A program made the position numbers and the translations under genes. A DNA stretch of 64,000 bases, from NCBI RefSeq assembly GCF_902652985.1, contig NC_047028.1, positions 30,752,001 through 30,816,000 of the forward strand, written 5' to 3'. Each line of letters begins with the position of its first letter. Within the stretch, counting starts at the first letter, position 1. The stretch comes from Pecten maximus. Taxonomy: Eukaryota. Positions 13,509 through 27,665 of this stretch are shown here, in pieces. The notes beneath the pieces are model-generated. The model worked only from the letters and a program-made list of their open reading frames with translations. It was not told the DNA's origin and did no database searches.

Positions 13509-15280
13509 AACAAGAGGCCCATGGGGCCTGTATCGCTCACCTGGTTGGATTAGACCAAATGTCAAAATAATGTTCATATTCTATTTGTTTTATTTGTAAA
13601 TCTCTAACAATGCTATATATGGTTATAGTGTGGGAATCCGAACTGCTTTAAAGATTAATGAAGTCCAGATTCTCTAAGGTCTGAAAGACCTCAAGAATTG
13701 TTTTGAGAACATGCATGCATTCATCACTTTATGACAAGTAGCGATTTAAAGGAATTACCTCTATTTCCCCTATTGGGCCCCGCCCTTTTGGCCCCTTTGG
13801 GGTCAGAGCCACCATTTATGCAAAATCTGTTCCCCTTCCCCCAAGGATGTCTCTGACCAAATTGGGTTCAAATCCATTCACAACTTTATGACAAGTAGCG
13901 ATTTAAAGGAATTACCTCTATTTCCCCTAATGGGCCCCGCCCTTTTGGCCCCTTTGGGGTCAGAGTCACCATTTATGCAAAATCTGTTCCCCTTTCCCCT
14001 AAGGATGTCTCTGACCAAATTGGGTTCAAATCCATTGATAACTTAATAACTAGTAGCAATTTAATGGAATTACCTCTATTTCCATTATTGGGCCCCGCCC
14101 CTTTGGCCCCTCGGGGGTCAGAGCCACCATTTATGCAAAATTTGTTCCCCTTTCCCCCGAGGATGTTTCTGACTAAATTGGGTTCAAATCCATTCATAAC
14201 TTTATGACAAGTAGCGATTTAAAGGAATTACCTCTATTTCCCCTATTGGGTCCCACCCTTTTGGCCCCTTTGGGGTCAGAGCCACCATTTATGCAAAATC
14301 TGTTCCCCTTCCCCCAATGATGTCTCTGACCAAATTGGGTTCAAATCCATTGATAACTTAATAACTAGTAGCAATTTAATGGAATTACCTCTATTTCCAT
14401 TATTGGGCCCCGCCCCTTTGGCCCCTCGGGGGTCAGAGCCACCATTTATGCAAAATTTGTTCCCCTTCCCCCGAGGATGTTTCTGACTAAATTGGGTTCA
14501 AATCCATTCATAACTTTATGACAAGTAGCGATTTAAAGGAATTACCTCTATTTCCCCTATTGGGTCCCACCCTTTTGGCCCCTTTGGGGTCAGAGCCATC
14601 ATTTATGCAAAATCTGTTCCCCTTCCCCCAATGATGTCTCTGACCAAATTGGGTTCAAATCCATAGATAACTTAATAACTAGTAGCAATTTAAAGGAATT
14701 ACCTCTATTTCCATTATTGGGCCCCGCCCCTTTGGCCCCTCGGGGGTCAGAGTCACTATTTATGCAAAATCTGTTCCCCTTCTGCCAAGGATGTTTCTGA
14801 CCAAAGTGGGATCAAATCCATTCATAACTTTATGACTAGTAGCGATTTAAAGGAATTACCTCTATTTCCCCTATTGGGCCCCGCCCTTTTGGCCCCTTTG
14901 GGGTCAGATCCACCATTTATGCAAAATCTGTTCTCCTTCCCCTAAGGATGTCTCTGACCAAATTGGGTTCAAATCCATTCATAACTTTATGACAAGTAGC
15001 GATTTAAAGGAATTGCCTCTATTTCCCCTATTGGGCCCGCCCCTGCGGCCCCTGGGGGGTCAGAGCCACCATTTATGCAAATTCTGATCCCCTTCTGCCA
15101 AGGATGTTTCTGACCAAATTTGGTAAAAATCCAATAAGAACTTTTTGACTAGTAGCGATTTGAAGCAAATGTTGACGGACGGACGACGGACGGACGGACG
15201 ACGGACGGACGGAGGGACGGACGACGGACGCCGCGCCATGACATAAGCTCACCGGACCTACGGTGCAGGTGAGCTAAAAA
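13509..15280 (+). mobile_element. Non-autonomous Helentron-type element (HINE) with an internal ~157-bp tandem array (~9 units)
   Basis: 5' AACAAGAGGCCCATGGGGCCT with sub-terminal GCTCACCTG; array ~13727-15165; (GACG)n microsatellite; 3' hairpin AGCTCACC..GGTGAGCT followed by an A-run. Confidence 0.88.
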
Positions 15281-15969
15281 TAATATCTATATGTATCACT
15301 TGATGAAGATGTGTGGATATATAGGACAAGCTTTAATCTTGGAGATATTGAATCCACATTTTAAATTACAACAACTGAACATCTATTTGTCCACTTAGAT
15401 GAAATCATTTGTATTTATTCATAGATTTAGAACAATTGATACTTTAAATATTTTTAGATATGAAAGCGTTTTAGAAAAGAATGGTGTTGAAATAGTTGTC
15501 TGATAAAATGATCTAGCAAGAGACAAGTCTGTAAAAAGGAGTTGAAACCACACAATGAAATATTTCATTAAACTGACATGTTAACTTTGCACGAACTTTG
15601 ATGCTGAAAAAGCTAATTGTGACTAGGATGCTTTTCGCAGTTAGAATTACCACCATTTAAGAATAATACAATGTGAAACAGAGGTAACATTTTGAGCGTT
15701 GTTTGTGTTTACGGCAAAATTGAGTAATTTTCACTTAAACTACACTGTACCAGGATGTTGATAGCGATCCTAAATATCACAGATCAACTGTAATTGATGT
15801 GTCAAATCTATTATTTAAAATGCTAGCGACCAAGTTAAACATTACATATTCACTCAGTAAGTCTGCTATACTTTCTACATAATGCAATTTTGAAGAGAAA
15901 TATTTTAAACTACCCATATTAAACATTGCCAATAACACTGTAGGTATTGTATGTGTGACATTTTCTTTG

Positions 15970-16415
15970 GATAACACTATAAGTATAGTAAATATGACAT
16001 TTCAGTGAGATAACACTATAATGAAATATACATATGACATTTCAGTATGATAACACTATAGATAAAGTAAACATATGACATTTCAGTGTGATAACACTTT
16101 AGGTATAGTATATATGCGACATTTCAGTCAGATTACACTATATGTGAAATATACATGTGACATTTCAGTATGATAACACTATAGGTAAAGTATAAATATG
16201 ACATTTCAGTATGATAACACTATATGTATAGTATATATGTGACATTTCAGTCAGATAACACTATAGGTATAGTACATATATGACATTTCAGTCAGATAAC
16301 ACTATAGGTATAGTATATATGTGACTTTTCGGTGAGATAACACTATAGGTTTAGTATGTGTGACTTTTCGGTGAGATAACACTATAGGTAAAGTATATAT
16401 ATTTCAGTGTACTAT
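15970..16415. repeat. 41-bp minisatellite (gacatttcagtatgataacactataggtatagtatatat)
   Basis: About 10 copies. Confidence 0.9.
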
Positions 16416-16827
16416 ACATTGGCTAAACAACAGCAGTTAAATCAGTCACTGATATAGACTTTTGCATTGTAAAGATGTTTATCTTACATGTAAACAAATT
16501 TCCTCTTATAGATTTCATCCTGCAGGGTAATTATTTTAAGTCTGATTTGTAATCAGTCCCCGGTTGTATGGATTAGCTAGTCTTTTTCACCAGCAGATCA
16601 GTAAAAATGCCAAAGCATCACAGACAACAACTAATGGTTGTGTACTTAGTCTGAGCCGATACAAATAAACACCGTCTCTTACCAGTTTGTTCAAGTTTGT
16701 TTGTTTTTTCAAAGGCTAAAAATAGTAATTATGTGTTTCTGGTTTCTGAAAGCATTTTTATCACTAAACTCTGTAATGAGAGATTTATTCTTAGAGCCAA
16801 GATGGACGAGAAAATTCTGCGTTGAGT

Positions 16828-19800
16828 AACTAAGGGACATTGTCTGTTGGTGATATGCGTTAACCTTTAGGTGTGGACTAAAGGGAGCGTTGTCTGTTGG
16901 TGATATGAGTTAACATTTTGGTGTAGACTAAAGGGAGCGTTGTCTGTTGGTGATATGAGTAAATTGTTTGGTGTGGACTAAAGGGAGCGTTGTCTGTTGG
17001 TGATATGAGTAAATTGTTTGGTGTGGACTAAAGGGAGCGTTGTCTGTTGGTGATATGAGTTAACATTTAGGTGTGGACTAAAGGGAGCGTTGTCTGTTGG
17101 TGATATGAGTTAATTGTTTGTTGTGGACTAAAGGGAGCGTTGTCTGTTGGTGATATGAGTAAATTGTTTGGTGTGGACTAAAGGGAGCGTTGTCTGTTGG
17201 TGATATGAGTTAATTGTTTGGTGTGGACTAAAGGGAGCGTTGTCTGTTGGTGATATGAGTAAATTGTTGGTGTGGACTAAAGGGAGCGTTGTCTGTTGGT
17301 GATATGAGTTAACATTTTGGTGTGGACTAAAGGGAGCATTGTCTGTTGGTGATATGAGTAAATTGTTTGGTGTGGACTAAAGGGAGAGTTGTCTGTTGGT
17401 GATATGAGTAAACATTTTGGTGTGGACTAAAGGGAGCGTTGTCTGTTGGTGATATGCGTTAACATTTTGGTTTGGACTAAAGGGAGCGTTGTCTGTTGGT
17501 GATATGAGTAAATTGTTTGGTGTGGACTAAAGGGAGCGTTGCCTGTTGGTGATATGAGTTAACATTTTGGTGTGGACTAAAGGGAGCGTTGTCTGTTGGT
17601 GATATGAGTAAATTGTTTGGTGTGGACTAAAGGGAGCGTTGTCTGTTGGTGATATGAGTAAATTGTTTGGTGTGGACTAAAGGGAGTGTTGTCTGTTGGT
17701 GACATGAGTTAACAGCTTGGTGTGGACTAAAGGGAGCGTTGTCTGTTGGTGACATGAGTTAACCTTTTGGTTTGGACTAAAGGGAGCGTTGTCTGTTGGT
17801 GATATGAGTTAACATTTTGTTGTGGACTAAAGGGAGCGTTGTCTGTTGGTGATATGAGTAAATTGTTTGGTGTGGACTAAAGGGAGCGTTGCCTGTTGGT
17901 GATATGAGTTAACATTTTGGTGTGGACTAAAGGGAGCGTTGCCTGTTGGTGATATGAGTTAACATTTTGTTGTGGACTAAAGGGAGCGTTGTCTGTTGGT
18001 GATATGAGTTAACCTTTTGTTGTGGACTAAAGGGAGCGTTGTCTGTTGGTGATATGAGTTAACCTTTTAGTGTGGACTAAAGGGAGCGTTGTCTGTTGGT
18101 GATATGAGTAAACATTTTGGTGTGGACTAAAGGGAGCGTTGTCTGTTGGTGATATGAGTAAACCTTTTGTTGTGGACTAAAGGGAGCGTTGTCTGTTGGT
18201 GATATGAGTTAACCTTTTGGTGTGGACTAAAGGGAGCGTTGTCTGTTGGTGATATGAGTAAACATTTTGGTGTGGACTAAAGGGAGCGTTGCCTGTTGGT
18301 GATATGAGTAAATTGTTTGGTGTGGACTAAAGGGAGCGTTGTCTGTTGGTGATATGAGTTAACCTTTTGGTGTGGACTAAAGGGAGCATTGTCTGTTGGT
18401 GATATGAGTTAACATTTTGGTGTGGACTAAAGGGAGCGTTGTCTGTTGGTGATATGAGTTAACCTTTTGGTGTAGACTAAAGGGAGCGTTGTCTGTTGGT
18501 GATATGAGTAAATTGTTTGGTGTGAACTAAAGGGAGCGTTGTCTGTTGGTGATATGAGTTAACATTTTGGTGTGGACTAAAGGGAGCATTGTCTGTTGGT
18601 GATATGAGTTAACATTTTGGTGTGGACTAAAGGGAGCGTTGTCTGTTGGTGATATGAGTTAACCTTTAGGTGTGGACTAAAGGGAGCGTTGTCTGTTGGT
18701 GATATGAGTTAACCTTTAGGTGTGGACTAAAGGGAGCGTTGTCTGTTGGTGATATGAGTAAATTGTTTGGTGTGGACTAAAGGGAACGTTGTCTGTTGGT
18801 GATATGAGTAAATTGTTTGGTGTGGACTAAAGGGAGCATTGTCTGTTGGTGATATGAGTTAACATTTTGGTGTAGACTAAAGGGAGCATTGTCTGTTGGT
18901 GACATGAGTTAACCTTTGGGTGTGGACTAAAGGGAGCGTGGTCTGTTGGTGATATGAGTTAACCTTTTGGTGTAGACTAAAGGGAGCGTTGTCTGTTGGT
19001 GACATGAGTTAACATTTTGGTGTGGACTAAAGGGAGCGTTGTCTGTTGGTGACATGAGTTAACATTTGGGTGTGGACTAAAGGGAGCGTTGTCTGTTGGT
19101 GATATGAGTTAACCTTTAGGTGTGGACTAAATTAAGGGAGCGTTGTCTGTTGGTGATATGAGTAAATTGTTTGGTGTGGACTAAAGGGAGCATTGTCTGT
19201 TGGTGATATGAGTAAATTGTTTGGTGTGGACTAAAGGGAGCGTTGTCTGTTGGTGATATGAGTAAATTGTTTGGTGTGGACTAAAGGGAGCGTTGTCTGT
19301 TGGTGATATCAGTAAATTGTTTGGTGTGGACTAAAAGCAGCGTTGTCTGTTGGTGATATGAGTAAACCTTTTGTTGTGGACTAAAGGGAGCGTTGTCTGT
19401 TGGTGATAACAGATATGAGTTAACCTTTTGGTTTGGACTAAAGGGAGCGTTGTCTGTTGGTGATATGAGTAAATTGTTTGGTGTGGACTAAAGGGAGCGT
19501 TGTCTGTTGGTGATATGAGTTAACCTTTTGGTTTGGGCTAAAGGGAGCGTTGTCTGTTGGTGATATGAGTTAACCTTTTGGTTTGGACTAAAGGGAGCGT
19601 TGTCTGTTGGTGATATGAGTAAATTGTTTGGTGTGGACTAAAGGGAGCGTTGTCTGTTGGTGATATGAGTAAATTGTTTGGTGTGGACTAAAGGGAGCGT
19701 TGTCTGTTGGTGATATGAGTTAACCTTTTGGTTTGGACTAAAGGGAGCGTTGTCTGTTGGTGATATGAGTTAACCTTTTGGTTTGGACTAAAGGGAGCGT

Positions 19801-20550
19801 TGTCTGTTGGTGATATGAGTAAATTGTTTGGTGTGGACTAAAGGGAGCGTTGTCTGTTGGTGATATGAGTAAATTGTTTGGTGTGGACTAAAGGGAGCGT
19901 TGTCTGTTGGTGATATGAGTTAACAGTTTGTTGTGGACTAAAGGGAGCGTTGTCTGTTGGTGATATGAGTAAATTGTTTGGTGTGGACTAAAGGGAGCAT
20001 TGTCTGTTGGTGATATGAGTTAACATTTTGGTGTGGACTAAAGGGAGTGTTGTCTGTTGGTGATACGAGTTAATGTTTTGGTGTGGACTAAAGGGAGCGT
20101 TGCCTGTTGGTGATATGAGTTAACATTTTGGTTTGGACTAAAGGGAGCGTTGCCTGTTGGTGACATGAGTTAACCTTTTGGTGTTGACTAAAGGGAGCGT
20201 TGTCTGTTGGTGATATGAGTTAATTGTTTGTTGTGGACTAAAGGGAGCGTTGCCTGTTGGTGATATGAGTTAACTTTTGGTTTGGACTAAAGGGAGAGTT
20301 GTCTGTTGGTGATATGAGTAAACATTTTGGTGTGGACTAAAGGGAGCGTTGTCTGTTAGTGATATGAGTTAACCTTTTGGTTTGGACTAAAGGGAGCGTT
20401 GTCTGTTGGTGATATGAGTTAACATTTTGGTGTGGACTAAAGAGAGCATTGTCTGTTGGTGATATGAGTAAATTGTTCGGTGTGGACTAAAGGGAGCGTT
20501 GTCTGTTGGTGATATGAGTAAACATTTTGTTGTGGACTAAAGGGAGCATT
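16828..20550. repeat. 50-bp satellite, ~74 copies (gactaaagggagcgttgtctgttggtgatatgagt + variable ~15 nt)
   Basis: Direct periodicity over 3.7 kb. Confidence 0.97.
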
Positions 20551-21754
20551 TTTGCTAATATCATAGACTTTTAATTTGGGTAAAAACATAAAAAAATGAA
20601 TGCTAAGTGTTTTGAAAGGGCCTTTCTATTAGCACACAAAAAACACTGCCCATTACTGCTATACAATTCTAGAGACACTAAAAAAGTGATCAAAAATTCC
20701 AAATCATATTACAAAGTATAATGTTATCTCGGAAATCCATAGCTATAGGGATGGCCGCTCTAGGCTAATACGATCTCACACTGAAGGTTACTATCGCTTG
20801 ATATTATGTATACCAGATCAGGGATTTACAATAAAAGGCTGGTCTGGTTAACACGACTGATGTTCTAATTCACTAATGTGAACGATGTATTAGAAATACG
20901 ATCAACACATTGATGATGTATATGATGATGAGATAATATAATCTTTGTAATCATATATAATGATCAGACAAATTTCAGCAGTATTATTTTTCTGACAAAA
21001 CTTTTCAATCTAAATGGCAGCTTTTATGGTCGTTTCTCACAAAGAGTATTCATTTAATGGTAATTTCAGGCTGAACGACAGTCTCTACAAATTAATGTTC
21101 TGAATATTGTTAACCACATTATTTTTCATAATTTATATCTTTGCCTTTTCAACAGCTCCATCAGGATACATCAACATAAGACCAACTATGTCCTGTAAAT
21201 CCACAGGCAGTGTATCTGACTTGTACATTCATCAATAAATTTGGGGAATCACACATTTCAAGCAAAATGATGCCAATTATAAATTCTGCTAACATTAGAA
21301 GGCTGAATGTAATTTTTCTTTTATTTCCTGTTTTTATCCGAACAAAGAACAATTTCAATTTTTTATCTTCCTTTCCGAATTCTATTAAATATAAGAAGTA
21401 AAAACATCCTTCAGTAATAACATGTTTGACCTAGCGGTTATCCAATAAATTCACACACATCCATTTCAGTATCTGGTAAACTTCAAGAAAAGAAAAACCC
21501 CAGGTCCAATGGCGAAAGGCCAGAAAATTTGGTCTGTGGATATTATAAGTAAATATCAGAATTACTTGCCAGATCAACAAATGTTTATTTCCTTTTGAAT
21601 ATTTCAAAATGCTACATATGAATTCAGTTAAATTGGAATGTACACCATATGTTAACTTCGGGCCAGTACTTCTGGAAACGAACTTGCTCAATGGACGGGT
21701 GAAGCTGTCATATCATTATTTACTTGCCCTTTACTTGATCTGCTAATTTACTTT

Positions 21755-22040
21755 AACAAGGATGGATAGTATTGCAACAGCAATACAAAGTCCCCTGCCT
21801 GAGCTAGAAGTGCACCTATTCATTTCCCATTTTTTTTTTTTTTAAATGGTTTTTCGAAAAAAAACAAATGTGGGATGCACAACTACATGTTATACTGATC
21901 ATGTATACCAAGTTTTGTTAAAATCGGAGTAGTACTTCAGGAGGAGTTGTCCGGACAACTATTGCGTGACAGACAGATGGACGGACGGACGGAGGGTAAA
22001 CCTATAGTCCCCCCGTTTTTCAAACGGCAGGGGACTAATA
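21755..22040 (+). mobile_element. Short HINE-type element
   Basis: AACAAG start, sub-terminal AGTCCCCTGCC, (GACG)n, 3' hairpin TAGTCCCC...GGCAGGGGACTA. Confidence 0.75.
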
Positions 22041-23847
22041 ATATTGGGAATTTTTTTAATTTCAGTTACTTCCCAACCAATTATTAAAACTCTCTTCAAA
22101 TGAACAGAACACAGGATTGTACATAATCAAGGCCAATGTATACAGCACAAATGTAGCGGGACGCCTTAACCATAATTCCACTTATATATATCGCCAAATC
22201 CTTTATATTGCCAGAATTTTGCTCGATCAATGATAAGATTATATAATGAGATTTTTCTGTATGTGTAGAAAATGTACATGAACACCACTAGGCTAAAAAC
22301 ACGTCAGATGAAGCTTGCAGCCATTGCAGGACATGTCACCGGCAATCATTGATCGGTCCTTTACATTGCTAATTCACATACAGTTAATGTCTTGCATGGC
22401 TTGATTCGCTCATCAAACCGATTGATGATATGATAAAAACAGAAGAGAATGCGTGAAAGCAAACTGACATTTAAATAAAAGCAGTTCACAATTACCAAAC
22501 ATTAGCATATACCCAGACCAAAAACAGTGGCTGCGTTTCTGTAGAACTCCAATGGTGCGTGTTTACCGAGTGGGGACTGCCTCCGAAACTGACAAAATAA
22601 TGATGAGCTTGTCTCTAATAACCCATTGTTGACCAAACTTACAAGCTGCTATAAGGAATTTCAAAGATAATTCATCTCCTACAAAGAGTAATTTTGATTG
22701 AATGAAGACTAGAATAGGAGGTATATCTCTATCTCAAAATTTTACACATTTTCCAATATTCTCCTCAAATCTCTTTTCTGAAAGTTTTTATCTTTTAAAT
22801 TAAAGTGAAGGCATCCCAAAGCATTACAGTCAATACATTCATACAGCTAACATTTTGCTTTCTGGTTCCAAACGTTTGAAATCTGGACCTTAAAAACATA
22901 GCAAGGAAGCTAAATATACATTATATACATTATGCGACTCTTGTTTCCTTCCACCTCCATATCTACTGTGCTAACGGAAATGTAAATAAATAGCAGAACA
23001 ATAGTCATATATAAGCTTTAATTTGATTTATTTCAATGCTGATTACCTTCCCAAATAACATAACTGTTGTTCTAAGTGATCAAGCATTCACCATATATGA
23101 ACTTGTCCTATATTACCGATGGTGAATTCAATATTTCAAATATTATATATATGTTAGTCCCATAGTGTGATACATTTGTATATTAGACCATTCAAGCTAA
23201 TTAGTTCCCCACCAAATGTGAAATTATACAAAAAGAATCAACAATTTTTTTTTCTCTGATAAAAGTCACTGCCCAGACACTTTTCTTTAATGTAGGTCAT
23301 AGGTCAAAATGTAAGTCAAATTGACCTATTTTTATTACTTGACACACAGAAACCATAAAGTAAGAAGTTCTAGTGACAGTAGTGAAGGAGATACAGACAG
23401 GACAAAGGAAGAAAGTACGGAGAGACGTAAAGACTGAAGGACAAATAGAAAGGTTAACAGACACCTGCATGCAAATTATAGTCATCACTCCGCCATCCCC
23501 TCCAGGTACCAGGAGGACTATGAGGTCTATAGGGCCTGCATCGTTCAACACATCATTATGTTTGCAATTACGTGTGTATCTCAAATAATTGAAATATTGA
23601 TGAAAAAAATTTCCAATTTATTTACCCTGCATGCTGCTTTAAAATTCTTATTAATAGCGAGAATGGCGCTGGTTCTGAATCATATATAGTTTGTAATATT
23701 TGCGAGTTATCTAATTTCACTGTATTCACAGCCATTAAATACAGTGTGAAAATATCAATTTATACACTGTTTCATGTATTGACCGGTTTACTGCATAATG
23801 TTAACAAGATGTGGTTGCACGAAATGTAATAACTGCAAACTAGTTCT

Positions 23848-24060
23848 GTTTGTTTTTGTTTATTTAGTTTACCGTCCTATTAACAGCAAGGGTCATTTTA
23901 GGACGGGTCAGGTTTTTGAGGTGGAGGAAAGCCGGGGACCCAAAGAAAAACCATCAGCCTAGGTCAGTACCAGGCAACTGCCCCACATGGGTTTTGAACT
24001 CGCAACCCAGAGGTGGAAGACAGTGTCGGCACACCTTATCCACTGAGCCAGCGGGGCCCC
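23848..24060 (-). mobile_element. SINE family A copy
   Basis: Colinear with 8420-8641, with an internal deletion. Confidence 0.8.
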
Positions 24061-24384
24061 TATTTCTATTTGGACAACTGCGAAATATTGCCCCATGAAT
24101 TAACAACTGAACAGTAAATACAGGGCATGTATTTCACGACATGTTCTGTCAGAATTATCCAAAAAGCAAATCAATGAAATTATCACGTTTGATGTATCTC
24201 CCCTACTATATATTGTGACATTTTATTGATTCAGCCCATTTTTATTTTTCTGATTTTCCTTCTGGATTTCAACAGCTGAATTATGAAGCACTTGTTTATC
24301 CATGCATAATATTGTTTATTTCATATTTATAGGCACTTGTCACTTTGTGTCTTTTGAATGGTCCATTGTGTTGTCTTATAACCA

Positions 24385-25185
24385 AGGGGTCAGATCACGA
24401 TAGCTATGAGCATTAGCCTATACATAAACTCGGGTGAAAATCTGAGGCACATGGCAATTTGTGTTTCTCAGGAAACTGTGAAGCGGTCCGGTCTGCGCTC
24501 ATACTGGTTGTGTCCTTGGGCAAGACACTTTACCTTAATTGCTCTGGAATATGGCATGACTGGCCTCCCATATGTTGTTCAGAGGTAGCCACCAGCTACT
24601 ACAAGGAGACTCTACTTCAAAATATCTCTGGCTGTTTTCAGGAAGCTGATCAGAAACGGTCCAGTCTGCGCTCATACTGGTTGTGTCCTTGGGCAAGACA
24701 CTTTACCTTAATTGCTCTGGATGGCGCAACTGACCTCCCATATGTTGTTCAGAGGTAGCTACCAGCTACTACAAGAAGACTCTACCTCAAAATATCTCTG
24801 GCTGTTTTCAGGAAGCTGATCAGAAACGGTCCAGTCTGCGCTCATGCTGGTTGTGTCCTTGGGCAGGACACTTTACCTTAATTGCTCTGGAATATGACAC
24901 GACTGGCCTCCCATATGTTGTTCAGTGAGGTAGCCACCAACTACTACAAGGAGACTCTACCTCAAAATGTCCCTGGCTGTTCTTGGGAAGATGATCAGAA
25001 AACGGCCCAGTCTGCACTCATGCTGGTTGTGTCCTTGGGCAAGACACTTTACCTTAATTGCTCTGGAATATGGCATGACTGGCCTCCCATACACTTCTGT
25101 ATGTTGTTCAGTGAGGTAGCCACCAGCTACTACAAGAAAACCCTACCTCAGAACGTCTCTGACTGTTCACAGGTGATAAATGCAA
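24385..25185 (+). mobile_element. CORE-type SINE whose body is tandemly amplified 4x (~170-176-bp unit)
   Basis: CORE motif gtgtccttgggcargacactttacc at ~24510, 24683, 24853 and 25029. Confidence 0.85.
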
Positions 25186-27409
25186 CAATCAAATCAGACA
25201 ATCAGGTATTACAATCTGTGACATTTTCATCGAATACTCAAGGAAACGAGAGACAGTTTCATTCCCTATCCGGACCGGAGTGGGCTTATTAGAATTGAGA
25301 CAGTACCAGAATCAATATCTAATAATTCATTACATAAAACACCCGTGTAATCCTATTTCTATCATTTGCCCTCAATGTGTCTGTTTAATTAACATCCATA
25401 TCTACACTGGAAATTCTCTCCTACATTTTAATTACATTTGTAGATTTAATCTAATCTTTATTCCTGTTCAAATTTTCGTGTTGAGCTGTTTCGTCAATGT
25501 CTGTGTGCCCCAAGGTACAGAATTCAGGAAATCACCTAGAATCTAATACGAATTCCAGAGTACGAATATCAGCATTAATGACAATTGAACTGATAACATC
25601 ATCCAACTACTTATACACATTGTGTTTGATATCAACGAAAACATCCCATGTACCAAAGATATAGCAGTATAATACAAGTTTCCATTTTAAAAGATTTATG
25701 AAACCAGTCATCATTTTTTCTTTCATTTCAGCAAGCTCCAACCTCTGACCAAATAACATGGAAAATTATGAAAGATTTTCTGTATCATATCTATCCATAA
25801 TAAAATTGCAAGATTTTTTTTTTTTTTTTCAAACATTGGTGAAAACAAAATTTTCTCTTCTCAAGCTGATATGCAGGGTTCGACATTTAAAGCCAAATAG
25901 CACTGGGAAAGTAAAACAACATGGGTCCGGACTATCTAATTCTCATTTTACTTGCCGGGAAAACTAAATGTCCACTGTACATGTACAGTGTTAGATTGGC
26001 TAACACTATATAAGAAACTTCAATCTTTTTTTCTTTTCTTTTTTTTTCAAAATGAGCATTGTTAAAAATTGCAGTTTTCTTTGTTTTTAATTGTAGTTGT
26101 AGTTCTGCTATAAAAGATACCATAGTTGTGACTACCCAGCTACTGTAATGGGTAATAGCCCCATGGGAAGTAATTCTGCAAGAGACTGGTGTCCTTTAAA
26201 TCTTCCTGGCCAATGAAACAAGGCTTAACTCGAGCATTTTACCTTCAGCTGCAGACATGATAGATAAAATACATGTGTATTTATACCATACTAGAGAGAT
26301 ATCTATCTACAGGGCTTATTTGCAAACCAATGCAAAAATGAAGAAGCGGGCTTATTCGTGGTAAGTGCTTATTTGCAGAAAAATATGGCAATAAATTGTG
26401 TAACTGAGTCTTAAGTGGGTCAGATGGGTGGTGGCCATGGTACCTTCTCCGTGTGTCAAGGAACAGTCATAAGTTCTATAGCCAAAAACACATCATAAAG
26501 CCATGTTTAACAAATAGGATCTACAATATTTCCTAACAAAAACATTGCCTGTTTTCTTTGATATAACTATAATATTGTGTGATGAAAAATTGTATGAAAG
26601 TTTCTTTACCTTTATACTATGTGAGAAATGTGATTTTTGTATGTTGAAAATCGGTAGGTAATTATCATCAGAACAATTATAATGAGTGGGCAGAAAGCAA
26701 GCGTCAAAATCGTCAATTACAATTATGACAGGGAAATCAAAGCAATGTATCTTTTAAATTTATTTTCAACTTGACAGTTGTTTCTCTGAAATCTTATGAC
26801 TTTAAACAAGAACATAGTTCTGTGTATTATATTTAAACAGATAAAATTATACAGACAGCAAAAGCGTTCTGAAACATCCGACCTCGAAAGACTGTTAATA
26901 TCATATAGCTATAGGTGTAAAAGGATGTCTTTGGCCTCATAATCCTAATCTAAACATGTTATATTATGATTTCTGGAGCTATATATTGAAGGTACTAGAA
27001 CTCTTCCACCGATCGGAAAGCAAAATATAAGAATACCCCTGGGCTGGGAAAAGCTGACAGACAAGTGAATTTTATTGACAAGTAGGTTTGTTGGACGAGT
27101 ACATTTTGGAGGCCATCCCATGTACGTCTTAAGGATCTTTCTAAACTTAATCCTATTGGACTTGAGTGTTCCTTTAGTAGGAGAATTCTGTGAAAAAGTC
27201 ATAATATCATGGCAAGATTACAACAAAAATGTTTCCTTTATTAACCAAGATGGCCGACATTTATTGTTGATGACACCCGAGTGTTTGGTGTTAGTGTATA
27301 AGTATACAACATAACCTTCAGATTTTTCAAATAGAAATGGTTTTACATAAGATTTTTACCGATCTATCCAACAAAAATTTTTAATTTTTTCAAAATTTAT
27401 GGAATGAAC

Positions 27410-27665
27410 CTTAGCACAGTAGTAATATACTTGGCCATCACCTAGGTGATCTGGGTTTGATTCCCCAATTGAACATGAAAAAGTGTGGGGGGGGTCACTT
27501 GCCCAACCATGCAGGTTTTCTCCAGTCACCCATTTTCCTTCCCCCACATTAAGACCCTTCGCATACTTCAATCAGGTCAACAAGCGTGATTAATATAATT
27601 AATGTAATAAATATATTAATCAGTTGATATAATTTGTTTAACAATTGTTGTAAAATAAATAAAGT
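27410..27665 (+). mobile_element. tRNA-derived SINE family B (V-domain-like)
   Basis: A and B boxes (tagcacagtagt, ggtttgattcc), ggttttctcc core, tail gttgtaaaataaataaagt shared with 46771-46995. Confidence 0.75.

Noticed and set aside
16828-20550. CRISPR-like look (constant repeat plus variable segment)
   Set aside because: The variable parts are short recurring variants rather than unique spacers; there are no cas genes and the context is eukaryotic.
21156-21238. Possible plus-strand terminal exon (PSGYINIRPTMSCKSTGSVSDLYIHQ*) after a good acceptor
   Set aside because: No upstream partner exon and no recognisable homology.
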